In this document: positions 1 through 11,800 of the stretch, in pieces | Layout of the letters: the number at the start of each line of letters is the position of its first letter | How positions within the stretch are numbered: position 1 is the stretch's first letter | Assembly: GCA_019058445.1 (NCBI GenBank) | Contig: JAHPZA010000006.1 | Coordinates: forward strand, 1,164,943 to 1,228,942 | Direction: 5' to 3' | DNA: 64,000 bases | From: Promethearchaeota archaeon | GTDB taxonomy: Archaea > Asgardarchaeota > Lokiarchaeia > Sigyniarchaeales > SOKP01 | Made by a program: the position numbers and the translations under genes | Notes under the pieces: model-generated | What the model was told of the DNA's origin: nothing | Seen by the model: only the letters and a program-made list of their open reading frames with translations | Databases searched by the model: none

Positions 1-1134
1 AGAGAATATGGGACAAGTGCGGCTGTAGTGCCATTTCATTCAATAGGCGATTTACCCATGAAATATTGGTCTCTAGGTGAATGGGATGATGTATTTAAGT
101 TAGCAGGTGAGAAGTTAAAGGAAGAATACTATATTAAGAATAAATCCTGCTATGGTTGCGGAATTGCATGCGGAAAATTGATAAAAATAAATAATAGGGA
201 GATACAAGTAGAAGAAACTGAAATGCCTGAATATGAAACTATTGCTGGATTCGGTTCATTGATATTAAATAGCAACTTGGAATCAATAGCCATAGCAAAT
301 CACTTGTGCAATGATTATGGAATGGACACTATTAGTTGCAGTAGTGTGATTGCTTTAATGTATGATTTATTTAATAAAGGTAAAATTGATAAGAAAGATG
401 TTGATGGATTTAAATTAAACTGGGGAAATTATGATTCAATGTTGAAATTAATTAAGAAAATAACGTTTCGGGAGGGGATCGGAGATCTGTTAGCTGAGGG
501 ATCTACTGCAGTTGGAGAAAAATTTAAAATTTCCTCAGACGAGATAGCAGCAGTAAATAAATTAGATGTACCTTATCATGATATTAGGTCCTGCTACGGG
601 TTGGCTCTTACTTACGCATTTGCACCGCGAGGTGCTTGCCATACCTCGGGAGATGTATTTAAAGTTTTAAGAGAAACAAATGAAGTTGATTTATCTTCTT
701 TAGATATTCATAAAATGGATTTGTTTTCAAGCAACAAAAAAATGGCAAAATCTAGCATGTTATTACATGATTATCGCGCATTATATTCCAGTTTGATTTC
801 ATGTTTCTTTTCCAATCCTCCCCCTACATACATGGCAGAACTTATTAAAACTTTGTTTGGGATTGAGTTCGACACAGACCAGATGAAAATCCTCGGAGAG
901 CGAATTTTTAATATGAAACGATTGTTCAACATAAAAATGGGTTTAACTTCTGAAAATGATGTGATTCCTAAAATGCTCTTAAATCCAATAAAAAAGGGAG
1001 CGGTGAAAGGAAAAACACCTGATTTCGAGAGATTAAAAGCATATTACTATCAAATTCGGGATTGGGATCCTATAACTGGTAAGCCTTCTTTAAAGAAATT
1101 ACGTGAGTTGGGATTAGATGATTTAAAAATATAA
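1..1134 (+). CDS. Aldehyde:ferredoxin oxidoreductase family protein (5' part outside window)
   Basis: Frame open from base 1 (REYGTS...); CxxCxxxC (CYGCGIAC), PEYET, CNDYGMDTIS, REGIGDLLAEG, RGACH motifs. Confidence 0.92.
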   Translation, partial: REYGTSAAVVPFHSIGDLPMKYWSLGEWDDVFKLAGEKLKEEYYIKNKSCYGCGIACGKLIKINNREIQVEETEMPEYETIAGFGSLILNSNLESIAIANHLCNDYGMDTISCSSVIALMYDLFNKGKIDKKDVDGFKLNWGNYDSMLKLIKKITFREGIGDLLAEGSTAVGEKFKISSDEIAAVNKLDVPYHDIRSCYGLALTYAFAPRGACHTSGDVFKVLRETNEVDLSSLDIHKMDLFSSNKKMAKSSMLLHDYRALYSSLISCFFSNPPPTYMAELIKTLFGIEFDTDQMKILGERIFNMKRLFNIKMGLTSENDVIPKMLLNPIKKGAVKGKTPDFERLKAYYYQIRDWDPITGKPSLKKLRELGLDDLKI

Positions 1135-1224
1135 ATTTAATTTTTATATAATTTAATAACATTATTTTTAATATAGAGATTGATTAAGAGTTATAAAAAT
1201 CAGTAACTATAGTGAAAATTAAAT

Positions 1225-1935
1225 ATGATGAGCTCAAGAGAGGAAGAACACATTGTTGGAGGGGGAAAGATACGTTCAATTATTCTTGGATTGAATGATG
1301 GACTGATCTCAACGTTTACGTTATTAGTCGGGGTCGCGGCTGCAACTCTTGCGACAGAAGGAAATGTTATAGTAATTTTAACGGGTATTGCTGCAATGGT
1401 GTCTGGTGCGATAAGCATGGGTCTTGGAGAATATATCTCATCAAAATCCGAATATAATTATATTAAGAGTGAAATAAAAAAAGAGGAAGCAGAAATAGAA
1501 CTATTTCCAGAAGAAGAAAAACAGGAAGTGTATGATATTATTGAAAAAATGGGGATAAAGGGAGATGTTGCAAATGCGTGTGTTAACTCGATTACTTCCA
1601 ACAAGGAAGTATGGTTAAATTTCTTAATAGGGAACGAATTGGGTTTGGATGAGCCTGAGAATCCTACTTTAGGAGCACTTTTAACTTTTATTGCGTTCGT
1701 GGTGGGATCATTTATACCCCTTTCACCATATTTTCTTAATTTGGGTTTTATATCTTTAATTATATCTACTGTTCTTTCTTTTTGCATGCTTGGTATTGTC
1801 GGTACTGCTAAGACAAAAATAACGGGAGAGCGAAAATTAAAAGGCGCTATAGAAATGTTAATTATTGGCGGTGTAGCTTTTGTATGTTCATATGGAATAG
1901 GACTATGGCTTGAACAATTTATTACGACTCTTTAA
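1225..1935 (+). CDS. VIT1/CCC1 family Fe/Mn transporter
   Basis: ILGLNDGLIS and GAISMGLGEYIS motifs; about 5 hydrophobic segments. Confidence 0.93.
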   Translation: MMSSREEEHIVGGGKIRSIILGLNDGLISTFTLLVGVAAATLATEGNVIVILTGIAAMVSGAISMGLGEYISSKSEYNYIKSEIKKEEAEIELFPEEEKQEVYDIIEKMGIKGDVANACVNSITSNKEVWLNFLIGNELGLDEPENPTLGALLTFIAFVVGSFIPLSPYFLNLGFISLIISTVLSFCMLGIVGTAKTKITGERKLKGAIEMLIIGGVAFVCSYGIGLWLEQFITTL

Positions 1936-1942
1936 CCGCATA

Positions 1943-2785
1943 TTATATAGGAATTACATCAATAATTCCTTCACTATGAATGACCCCGACCACAGCAGAA
2001 ACTTTTTTAGAATAGGATTGAGAAGAAAAAATACTGATTAATTTTTCATCAAAATAAGATTTATATCCATTTTTAAATTTTTCATGCGAGCGAATGATGC
2101 CTTTTATTTGATTTCTTTCAATAAAATCTTCAAATACTTCCCTACCAAACTGTTTAATTCCTGGACCTCTTGAACTTTGTTTAAATTTTTTAGAATTCTC
2201 TTTAGGATCATTCCAAACTAATTGTTTAGTGATAGGATCTGAGATTTCTTCTTGGTTTGTAGGCAATAAATTGATATCTCTAATTTCTTCTAAACCATCA
2301 GGAATACCCCCGTGAACACAAAAAATTCTATTCCACGTAATAGCAGCTAACGGAAGATGAGAAAAAGCGTGATTATAATCTCTGAACATTTCTCTGCTTT
2401 TTCTAAATTTCAATCTTACTTCATCATAAAAGCCATATTGTCTATTAATTATAGGATCTTCATGATTTCCTCTAATTAAAACAATTCTGTCAGGCATTAG
2501 TTTTTTGTAATAAAATAAAACATTTATTACTTCTACTTGTTTAGCACCTCTATCAACATAATCCCCCAGAAATATCAGAGTTTTAAACTCCTCTCTAAAG
2601 AATACATTTATTATTCTATGTAAGGTTTCTAGATCCCCGTGTAAATCTCCGACTACCATGGTTTTTCCTTTTGGAACAATTATTAGATTTTTTTCTGTTT
2701 CTAATATTTTTTCTACGTCTCTTATGAGAGTTTTGACGTTTTGTTCCGTGTAATTTTGAATAACGTTGAAAAACCGAGCTGGCAT
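1943..2785 (-). CDS. PPP-family Ser/Thr protein phosphatase
   Basis: GDLHG, GDYVDRG, RGNHE, HGG, WNDP, RSHE motifs. Confidence 0.93.
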   Translation of the reverse strand: MPARFFNVIQNYTEQNVKTLIRDVEKILETEKNLIIVPKGKTMVVGDLHGDLETLHRIINVFFREEFKTLIFLGDYVDRGAKQVEVINVLFYYKKLMPDRIVLIRGNHEDPIINRQYGFYDEVRLKFRKSREMFRDYNHAFSHLPLAAITWNRIFCVHGGIPDGLEEIRDINLLPTNQEEISDPITKQLVWNDPKENSKKFKQSSRGPGIKQFGREVFEDFIERNQIKGIIRSHEKFKNGYKSYFDEKLISIFSSQSYSKKVSAVVGVIHSEGIIDVIPI

Positions 2786-2887
2786 GTCAGATTTATTTTA
2801 ATAAAAGTAATGATTTTAAGTAAAGTAAAGGTAAATAATTATTTAAGATTATTTTTAAAAGTCTTGAATTATGGCAAATATAAGGAG

Positions 2888-3706
2888 ATGCTTGAAGAAA
2901 ATCTTGAAATTATGAGGAAAATTTTTAATTGGCTTGAGATTGAGGAGCATTCTGAATTAGAGATAAAACAAATGGCTGATAAGTTAGAAGTCCCCTTAGA
3001 GGATAAATTTTTAATGAATTGTTCGTGGAGCTACTTTAAAAAGTGTACCGTAGCGAATTTAGGTAATGAACCGTTGCTCTTTTTTAAATATGTACGGGAA
3101 CATTATATTGAGGAAATCTTAGGATTACATCTTACGAAGTATTTTTTTGATCCCGAGCTTTGCTTTCAGAATTTTTTAACAGGTATTCAATATAAAAAAA
3201 AGAAAAAGAAGAAAGGAATTCCATATATTACCACCACATATGAAAGAGGTGACAATATAGGACATAAAAAATACAAGATTTCTGATTTTAAATTTCAATT
3301 AGGGAGGCACTGCTATTTGCATGAAATTTTAAGTTTGTATGATGTTTTTGATCGCCACTTCATTGTAAGAGATGATGGTTCCCTTTGTCGAATCGATTTC
3401 GGGAGGTGCTTTGAAAATCTTGATAAAAAATATCTAGGATTCCATGATTATATGAAGAGTAAACGTTTAGATTTTTATGATGCGGAATTTCAAGAGGGCT
3501 ATAATTATGAAAAGGAAAAAATTAGGAATAATCTGGAAGATAAGAGAGAAAAATTGGTAGAAATCATTAGAAGTATTAGATCTTTAGAAAAAGATTATGA
3601 TTTAATCACGATAGATCTTAAGCGACTTTGCGATAAGCTACTGGGCTATTGGAAGAGAACTAATTTTTTAGAAGATATAAAAATTGCAGAGTTCGAATGG
3701 ATATAG
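2888..3706 (+). CDS. Atypical protein-kinase-like protein (HipA/PI3K-PI4K-like catalytic motifs); start uncertain
   Basis: YFKK (candidate beta3 Lys), EEILG (candidate alphaC Glu), LYDVFDRHFIV followed by RIDFGRCF; the ORF-track start at 2741 overlaps the phosphatase gene. Confidence 0.6.
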   Translation: MLEENLEIMRKIFNWLEIEEHSELEIKQMADKLEVPLEDKFLMNCSWSYFKKCTVANLGNEPLLFFKYVREHYIEEILGLHLTKYFFDPELCFQNFLTGIQYKKKKKKKGIPYITTTYERGDNIGHKKYKISDFKFQLGRHCYLHEILSLYDVFDRHFIVRDDGSLCRIDFGRCFENLDKKYLGFHDYMKSKRLDFYDAEFQEGYNYEKEKIRNNLEDKREKLVEIIRSIRSLEKDYDLITIDLKRLCDKLLGYWKRTNFLEDIKIAEFEWI

Positions 3707-3730
3707 GTTATCAAAAAAAATAGTAAGCGA

Positions 3731-4297
3731 TTAGACTTTTATAAAAAACTGTTTATCGTGTTCACAATTAGGGCATACATTCGGTGCTTCTCCTAATTCA
3801 ACGTTTCCACAAATCTTACACACAAAAATCTCAACAGGGTCGAAAGATTCATTATTATCTAGTTGTTTTAAATATTTTATGTATAATTTACTATGAACTT
3901 TTTCTGCTCTTCGTGCTAAATTAAATGTAAATTCGGCTAAATAAGTATGCTCTTTTTTGGCATTTTTAATAAAACCTTTATACATTTTTTTGAATTCAAA
4001 AGTCTCCCCTGCAATTGCTTGGATTAGGTTATTACGGGTATTCGAAACTTGTTGTTTGATTTCTTGTTCGTTTAGTTTAAAAATTTGATTTAAATCAACT
4101 TGGGAATTTGTAATTTTTGATAATGCTTTTATATGATTCTTAATATGAAATCCTTCAGCTAAAGCCACTGCTTTGAATAAATGCGCTATTTCAGGGTGAT
4201 TTTCCTCAGTGGCTTTTTCTGCAAATAACTCATATTTTTTTCTTGCAGTACTCTCTCCCACAATAGCCTCTTTTAAATTATCTTCTATTGTTATCAT
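3731..4297 (-). CDS. Rubrerythrin
   Basis: GES...Y, ExxH diiron pairs (EGFH, EKVH), C-terminal CxxC-CxxC rubredoxin site. Confidence 0.93.
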   Translation of the reverse strand: MITIEDNLKEAIVGESTARKKYELFAEKATEENHPEIAHLFKAVALAEGFHIKNHIKALSKITNSQVDLNQIFKLNEQEIKQQVSNTRNNLIQAIAGETFEFKKMYKGFIKNAKKEHTYLAEFTFNLARRAEKVHSKLYIKYLKQLDNNESFDPVEIFVCKICGNVELGEAPNVCPNCEHDKQFFIKV

Positions 4298-4368
4298 GAC
4301 TATTCACTTATAATATTAAAAAATAAATTGCATTTTTTATATTAAATTATCAAATTGAAAAAATCATA

Positions 4369-6510
4369 TTAATTTTTGCCTTTTAACAATTCATCTGCGG
4401 TTAGAAATTGAGAGGACCGATACCTTTTTCGCGTTTTTGTTATATTCTTATCAATATGGTTTTGATTTAATATTGTGGGATGGTTAGTTGTTAAATTATT
4501 GGAAAAATCTATGAGTTCATATAAAGAATTATCTAATTCGCTTACAAAACGAGAAGGTTTAAGAAAGTTCATTCTTTTATAGGACTGTGTTGATTTTGGA
4601 GATATTAAGAACAACTCATCTCTTGCTCTGGTGACTGCTACATAAAAAATTCTTCTTTCTTCTTCAATATCTTGTTCCTCTTTTGTAATATATGTTGTTG
4701 GAAAGAGTTTTTCTGATAATGAAATGATAAACACAATATCCCATTCTAGTCCTTTGGCCTTGTGAATAGTAGATAATACTATCCGATTATCATCATCTTC
4801 CTTATGAGTTGTTTCTTTTACACTGTTTGATAATTCCGAGATATTTAAGTTTAAATGGTCTATAAAGCCACTAATTGATTTAAATTCGAGGGATAATTCA
4901 AAAACAGCATCAATATCTGCTAATCTCTCTTTAAAATTTTCAAAATTTTTTTGGATATATGGCTTTATTGACAATCTTATTTTCTGAATCACTAAAGAGG
5001 GGGTAGATTCAGAATTAAAACTTTTAAAAGATTTCAAGTAATTAATTAGATTAGTAAAACCCCGTTTTGAGAGTTTTATTTTATTTAACTCAGATTCGTA
5101 TAAATCAGATTTATTTAATTCTCTGATCGGATCTCTTAATTTTATAATTGTTTTAAAAATTTCCCGAGAAGAAACCTTTCCTATATTTGGAATAATTTTA
5201 AAGATGCGATTCCAAGACAACTCATCATAGGGATTAAAAATGATTCTTAAGTGAGCAAGTAAATCCTTGATATGGGCTTGCTCGAAGAAAGAGACTCCTG
5301 AACGGACTACAAATGGTATAGCATTGGCCTGAAGTTCTTTCTGTAAAATAATCGAATGGAAATTTGATCTATATAACACAGCTATTTTTGATAAATCAAT
5401 CCCCTCGTTCATATAATTTAAAATTTTTTGAACGATAAAACGTGCTTGTTCCCTTTCGTCGAAAATTACAACATATTTTGGTTTAACACTACTTTCCCTC
5501 ACCGTTTTCATAGTTTTTTGAAATTGAATTCTATTGTTTTTTATTGAATTATTAGCTAAATCTAATATTTCAGGGGTAGAACGATAATTGTATGTAATTT
5601 TGTGTTTAGTTATGTTTTTTAATTTTTCTCCAAAATTGAGGAGGTTTTTAAAATCAGCACCGCGAAAACTATATATGCTTTGTGCATCATCGCCAACAAC
5701 CATAATATTTTGATTAATTTGAGCAATTTTGAGAATAATTTCAGCTTGCATGAAATTGGTATCTTGATATTCATCAACTAAAATATGTTTGATTTTTTCT
5801 GCGATATTTTGAGCGATTTCTTTTTCATCAAGTAATCTATTCCATAAAACAAGTAAATCATTGAAATCAACCAAGTTATTCCTGATTTTACGTTCATTAT
5901 AGTTATTAAAAATCACTTCAAAATGAGTTATTAAGCTTTCTTTTAATAAATATGGATATTTCCATTTTAAAACTTGTTTAATAGTTCTATTTGTATTAAT
6001 CTTATATGATAATATTTTAAAACAACGCTTAGCGTTAGGGAAGTTCATTAATTTATAATTAGGGAGCGATTCTTCAATAGACAATTTCATCAAGGAGTAG
6101 GAATCAGTCTGATCAATAATGGTATATCTAGGCTTTAATCCAGCTAAATGAGTATATTTTCTAATAAACCTATTAGCTAAAGAATGAAAAGTTCCCCCCC
6201 ATATACCGTTAGGTTCTTCACCTAATAACGTTTTAACTCTTTCGAGCATTTCTTTTGCTGCTTTATTAGTGAAGGTAACGAGCATTATTTCTGAGGGTTG
6301 TACTCCCCGTTCAATTAATTTAGCTACGCTATAGGTAATAGTTCTTGTTTTTCCGGAACCAGCTCCTGCTATTACTATCATTGAGCCGTTAATATTGTTA
6401 ACAATTTTAAGTTGTTCCGGATTTAAATTGTTTTTAAATGAAACTTTATGGATAGTATGAGAAATGCTTTTATGGGATTTACTTTTATTCTGATTAGTGA
6501 ATTTCTCCAT
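4369..6510 (-). CDS. uvrD: UvrD/PcrA-family SF1 DNA helicase
   Basis: AGAGSGKT, TFTNKAA, VDEYQD, GDDAQSIYSFRGA, NYRS, STIHKAKGLEW, EERRIFYVAVTRA; ATG at 6510 lies just after the mcm stop. Confidence 0.93.
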   Translation of the reverse strand: MEKFTNQNKSKSHKSISHTIHKVSFKNNLNPEQLKIVNNINGSMIVIAGAGSGKTRTITYSVAKLIERGVQPSEIMLVTFTNKAAKEMLERVKTLLGEEPNGIWGGTFHSLANRFIRKYTHLAGLKPRYTIIDQTDSYSLMKLSIEESLPNYKLMNFPNAKRCFKILSYKINTNRTIKQVLKWKYPYLLKESLITHFEVIFNNYNERKIRNNLVDFNDLLVLWNRLLDEKEIAQNIAEKIKHILVDEYQDTNFMQAEIILKIAQINQNIMVVGDDAQSIYSFRGADFKNLLNFGEKLKNITKHKITYNYRSTPEILDLANNSIKNNRIQFQKTMKTVRESSVKPKYVVIFDEREQARFIVQKILNYMNEGIDLSKIAVLYRSNFHSIILQKELQANAIPFVVRSGVSFFEQAHIKDLLAHLRIIFNPYDELSWNRIFKIIPNIGKVSSREIFKTIIKLRDPIRELNKSDLYESELNKIKLSKRGFTNLINYLKSFKSFNSESTPSLVIQKIRLSIKPYIQKNFENFKERLADIDAVFELSLEFKSISGFIDHLNLNISELSNSVKETTHKEDDDNRIVLSTIHKAKGLEWDIVFIISLSEKLFPTTYITKEEQDIEEERRIFYVAVTRARDELFLISPKSTQSYKRMNFLKPSRFVSELDNSLYELIDFSNNLTTNHPTILNQNHIDKNITKTRKRYRSSQFLTADELLKGKN

Positions 6511-6514
6511 CTTA

Positions 6515-8653
6515 TTATTGATCTTGTTTACTGGTAAATTTAATTTCATTAGGCTTAGGTTCGTATAAGGTTCCTTCTTTTATAGCTTCCTCAATGGCAT
6601 TTTTAACGAAACCTTTCTCAATATTTTCATCTAATTCTATGACTTGTATTACGTTTTTTTTCTCAAGAGCTTTCCATTGATTTTCTTCGAAAAGTTCTTT
6701 TAAGCGATCATACACCCGTGTGAGTTTATTGGTTTTACTCCTTGGTTGACCCATAAGAATCATATCTACATCGAATTTCCCTGTCTCCTTGTCATAACCA
6801 GTGTCTTTCAAGAATCTTTTAAAAAGTTTGATTATTTCATCCACATCTTCTTTTAAAACTTTATCTCTTAGTGCCATTTTCGCATATGCTTCACTCATGC
6901 GAACTAATGCTTCGAGATTTCTGGCTAATATTGAAACAATTGCGTCCTCTTTTTTATATTGCCCTCTTAAATCTAAGTAAAATTGCTTGATTCGTTCTTT
7001 AGCTTCTTCACTTAATTTTGGAAAATAATTTTTTCTGGCATATTTAATATACTTAGTTAAAAAATCTGTACTAATTGGGGCCACCATTTTGTTGGATTTT
7101 TCGGAATCCTCTAAAAATTCTTCAGGACCCATCATAGCGCTCTGTAAGATGAATTCGGCCATTTGAGCATCATTCGCGGGATCTGGACGATCCATTACTT
7201 TAAAAATTAAATCAAACCGACTCAAAAGAGATGGCGGCATACGCGTATTTTCTGTAAACGATTTGTATTCATTGAATCTTCCAGTATATGGATTTGCAGC
7301 AGCGATAATTGCTGTTTGAGCTTTTAATGTGGCGACAATTCCTGCTTTTGCAATACTCACGGTTTGCTGCGCCATCGCTTCATGTAGTGCAGATCTATCT
7401 GCAACATCCATTTTGTCAAACTCATCTATGGAAGCAATTCCTCCATTGGCTAATACTATTGCTCCCGCTTCAAGATTCATTTGTCCTGTTTCAGTATCTT
7501 TAATAACTGCAGCAGTCAATCCCACTCCACTTGAACCCTTACCTGAAGTATATAACCCTCTTGGAGAGATTTCTACAGCAGATTTCAATATTTCCGACTT
7601 TCCCGTTCCAGGATCACCTACAAATAGTACATGAATATCTCCTCGTTTAAAGCTTCCGCCTGGTCGTGGTCTTCTTGTTCCTCCGAACATACTTAATGCA
7701 CATGCCATTTTAAGGTCATCTCTTCCAAAAATTGTAGGTGAAATTGATCTGGCAATTTTTTTTTGAATCATTGGTTCCTTTGATAGTTTTTTGATTTTTT
7801 TGATATCCTCCTTCGAAATATCAATATATTCATCACTTTTATCTTCTGGATCTATAAAATTTACGTCTACATACGTTTTAAACAAAGTTGAATTCAAGCC
7901 TTTTATTGATTGAGCCAGAACTGATTTAAATACACCCATAACATTAATTCTATCTCCAGGCTTTATTGTATCAACTAAATCATAAGTTAATATAGCTTGA
8001 ACAGATCGAGGAATTCTTCCTGGTGGTAGATCCTCAGGTACTTCTTGTATTGTAATGCTTTGCCAGTCGATAAATTGTGAATTTTTAGAGATGAGCCTAA
8101 AATCAGAGTGCGCCTTCGCTTTGCATCGTTTATTAGTGCAAAATTTGGGCCATCTCACTTTTGAAGTTAATTGAGGTATATTAATAATCGCTCCGCAAAG
8201 AATACATTCGAAGACAGCGGTAGTTAATTTTGGTCTAACAGTAGAAATTCTTACTAAAATCCCCTTGAACCACACTAACCTATCTATATTTTTCGATCGT
8301 AATCCTCTAATAGGAATTCCTAATGGGCTTTTTTCATCTTTCGTAGCAATCCTTACAAAATATTTTTGATTTGTTAATGTTCCTGATTGTAGTTTTATAA
8401 CGTTCTTATAGGCATCTATGGCATCTTCTAATAAAGATTCAGGATCATTTTTGAGCATTTCAGCAATTTGGGGATCAAATGAGAGGAGGTCTTCATATAA
8501 AATAATTAGAGCATTTCCTCCCTCGTCAATAATTTTATTAATTTGATCTTGATATTTGAACTCTCCTGGTTTTTCTTGAAATAAGCGATAAAAATCCTCA
8601 AACCTCTGAACTTTATGAATTGGTTGAGTAGGACTAGGTATGGGTTGAGTCAT
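6515..8653 (-). CDS. mcm: MCM replicative helicase
   Basis: Zn finger, GDPGTGKS, IDEFDKM, SRFD arginine finger, C-terminal winged helix. Confidence 0.97.
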   Translation of the reverse strand: MTQPIPSPTQPIHKVQRFEDFYRLFQEKPGEFKYQDQINKIIDEGGNALIILYEDLLSFDPQIAEMLKNDPESLLEDAIDAYKNVIKLQSGTLTNQKYFVRIATKDEKSPLGIPIRGLRSKNIDRLVWFKGILVRISTVRPKLTTAVFECILCGAIINIPQLTSKVRWPKFCTNKRCKAKAHSDFRLISKNSQFIDWQSITIQEVPEDLPPGRIPRSVQAILTYDLVDTIKPGDRINVMGVFKSVLAQSIKGLNSTLFKTYVDVNFIDPEDKSDEYIDISKEDIKKIKKLSKEPMIQKKIARSISPTIFGRDDLKMACALSMFGGTRRPRPGGSFKRGDIHVLFVGDPGTGKSEILKSAVEISPRGLYTSGKGSSGVGLTAAVIKDTETGQMNLEAGAIVLANGGIASIDEFDKMDVADRSALHEAMAQQTVSIAKAGIVATLKAQTAIIAAANPYTGRFNEYKSFTENTRMPPSLLSRFDLIFKVMDRPDPANDAQMAEFILQSAMMGPEEFLEDSEKSNKMVAPISTDFLTKYIKYARKNYFPKLSEEAKERIKQFYLDLRGQYKKEDAIVSILARNLEALVRMSEAYAKMALRDKVLKEDVDEIIKLFKRFLKDTGYDKETGKFDVDMILMGQPRSKTNKLTRVYDRLKELFEENQWKALEKKNVIQVIELDENIEKGFVKNAIEEAIKEGTLYEPKPNEIKFTSKQDQ

Positions 8654-8816
8654 ATTTAATTACGTGAATTTTTTTATTATATCCAAAATATTCTTAAAAA
8701 TTTTTTAAATCTGCCTATTAACGGATAGGTTATTAAACAGTAAATATATTGTAATTAAAAAAGAGAAGAGAGCAATAATTTAGTCGTTTATTAATATTCG
8801 TTGCTAAGTAAAAAAC

Positions 8817-11800
8817 TTAACTCTCTCGTATTTTATGCAGATTTGCACAAATTATAGGATCTTGGCTCATTTCACATCTTATTTTCAATAAAGAAATGAC
8901 TCTTTTTTTGATTTTTTCCTCCTCATATCTTACGGTTCGTCCCAAAATTATTGCAATTGAACGTTGCAATTCTATAGAACCCTCATCGCTTAGATTTTTA
9001 AGGAGTTTAGAAAGAATTTGTGATATTCCTATGTTATTGATAATTTCCACCATTGAATTTATCATACTAGTTCTTACTTCTCCTGATTCATCTTCCAAAA
9101 GAGAGATGATGCTTTCAAAAATCGTATCAATATTTTGAAAACCATAAATTTTAAGCAATCTTGCTGAAGCTTCTCTGACTTTGGGATCGGTATTATTAAG
9201 ATTCTTAGAAACTTTTTCAAATGGAATAAATGATGCTTTTATACCTTTAATATTAGATAAGATATTCATCACTGATCTGCGAACCCATGTCTTATTATCA
9301 TCTAAAAGCGGGATGAGATTATTTATTATAAGCTCTTTATGTTCAATATGTTCAATTATTTCGCCCAGACTTGAAACTGCTGCTTCTCTAACTATCCAAT
9401 CCTTATCATTTAATCCTTTCTCAATTAGAATGTTTAAAGCCTCGTCTGGGGATTTATAGCCAATTAGCCCCAGTATTTTGACTGCAGACTCTCTAATGAA
9501 TGAATCTTGATCTGAGAGAATATTAATTATTAATTCTAATGGCATAATTTCAGGAGATTCTTTTGCTATTTCTAATAACGATTTAGAAATGGTAACCTTT
9601 ACTGTTGCTTCTTGAGTATTTAATGATTGTAAAATAATCGATATTTCGGGTTTTATAGCCTCAGGATTTTTCATAGCGATTTTTGAGAGAATTTTGGAGG
9701 CTTCTTTTCTAATTTGCTGATTTTTATCTTTTTGAAGAATTTTCAGTATGGGTTTAATAGTAATATTGTTATAATATTCATCTGCCAGACCCTCTAATGA
9801 GGAAATCGCGTTTAATCTAATCTCATCATTATCATCATCTAAAAATTTGACTAATTTCGGGATGATATAATTAGGATCCTTTTTAGCAATACTAATAATC
9901 GTCTTGGCAATGATTCCTTTTGATATAAACTTAGAGACATCAGGAATTTTAATGAGATTTTGAAAAATCAAATCCGGATTACTTGTATACTTATTACTGA
10001 GGATTTTTGAGATATTCTCTTTTAACTCTTGATTTTCAAATTTAATGAATATTAATAAGGTGGTAAGGATTTTTTCTGGATTTTGTTCCCAAAGTCTACC
10101 AAGTAGAGTTAAAACGCTAGTTAATATTTCATTATTATTAGGATCAATTTTATTTATAATCAAGTTTATATCCAAAGAATCAGGTTCTTCATTGAAATAT
10201 TTTTCCAGTGCTAAAACTGAGGAATTTCTAACTTCCTTGTTTACATCGATTAATCCATTTAGGAATGGCAGGAGCGGGATGTCAAATCGCTTAAAGTTAC
10301 CTATTTCAGCAAATATCTCAAAAACGGAAGCTCTAACTGAGCTTGTTGGATCTTTGATTAGAGATTTCAGTTTACTAATCATTTCAGAATCCAAATCCTT
10401 AGGTTCTATATTCTTTAGATTTTGAATTGCTGCAGCTCGAATTTCTTTATTGGAATGGTTTATTTTATCATGAATTAGCTCAAAAGGGATTTTTTCTGAA
10501 GAAATAGCTAAAATTTTTAAAACCTCAACCTGTACTTGGCTGTCAGGGTCGTTTATCAATTCATTTAGATTTAATTTTGAGGTTAATTTTATATTGTTTT
10601 GAATTAGCCTTGATAAAATTTTTAGTCCAACTAACTTTAATCTCCATTCTGAATCTTTAACTAAATCAAAAATAAGTTGTTCGGGTACTTTTTGAATTAA
10701 ATTAATGTTTGCAGTGATTAAAGACTGTGCAAATGGAAGACTCTTGTCGTAATTAGGAGAATTTAAAGATTCAATTATCCAAGGTAATAATATATCTGGA
10801 GCATCTCTTTCTAACTGGAGTAGTATTTTAAGACATATATATTTTGAATAGGGATTTGGATCACATATTCCATCAATTAACGGATTTTTATATTTCATAT
10901 CGTTAAGGTTTAGATCTGCCTTTAGAGGTAATCTTTCATACATTAATATTAAAGTCTCTTCAGCTAGATTTCTTACTTTAAGGTTTTCACTTTTAATAAA
11001 ATTAAAAAGGGGTATAGGATCAAATGTCTGTCCACATTCAGCTATAAGGGAGTATTTAAGATTGTTAGTAAATTCATTTTTTTTTGATAGAAAATAATAT
11101 GTTGTAATAGAGATCAGGATTATTTCTTCTATTGCTGCTGTCCAAGCAAATAATAAATAGTTCGGAACTATAGTGGTTGTATAATTTGATGCCGTAAAAA
11201 CGTTTGATACTTTTTCAACATTGACAATTAGAAAATTAACAAACACATTTATCCCGACTGCAGCCATTAGATAAGCTGCAAAATAGATATCAATTCCCCG
11301 ATATTTGATGATTCTATTCCAGAACCGCGAAAAGAAGCCAATTATTCCCATCGCTAGAGTCACAAAAACGAAACCTGCATATGAATAAGGGGAGATTAGT
11401 AAAGCACCAGAAAAGAAATATCCTATCGTCTGTATCATGGAAATCCATGCCCATACAAACACAAATAACATTAAACCCAGAAGAATTCTCGGTGCAGGAT
11501 CATTAAGAAATTCTTTCAATGTTCTTTTGCTATCTTCAAAACCAAGAAATAAGGATCTTCTCATATCAGGTATATGGTAATACACATTAGTTATCCCAGC
11601 GATATATCCTTTAGAGCCATAAAAAGTTAAAATTAGCAAGGGATAAATGAGCATCCAAGAAATCCAAATCATTATAAATGGCAACCCTATCAAAGAGAGA
11701 AAGAATGGTGGAAGAAAGAATACTCCTAAAAAAAATCCTACGGCATAAATTACTCGAATCAATTTATTAGTTGACTTATTTATGATTTTATCTCCAATAA

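Noticed and set aside
8710-8810. Short hairpins upstream of mcm (CCTAT/ATAGG; AGCAA/TTGCT) as an ncRNA or SECIS
   Set aside because: Stems are short and lack box motifs; compatible with chance or terminators
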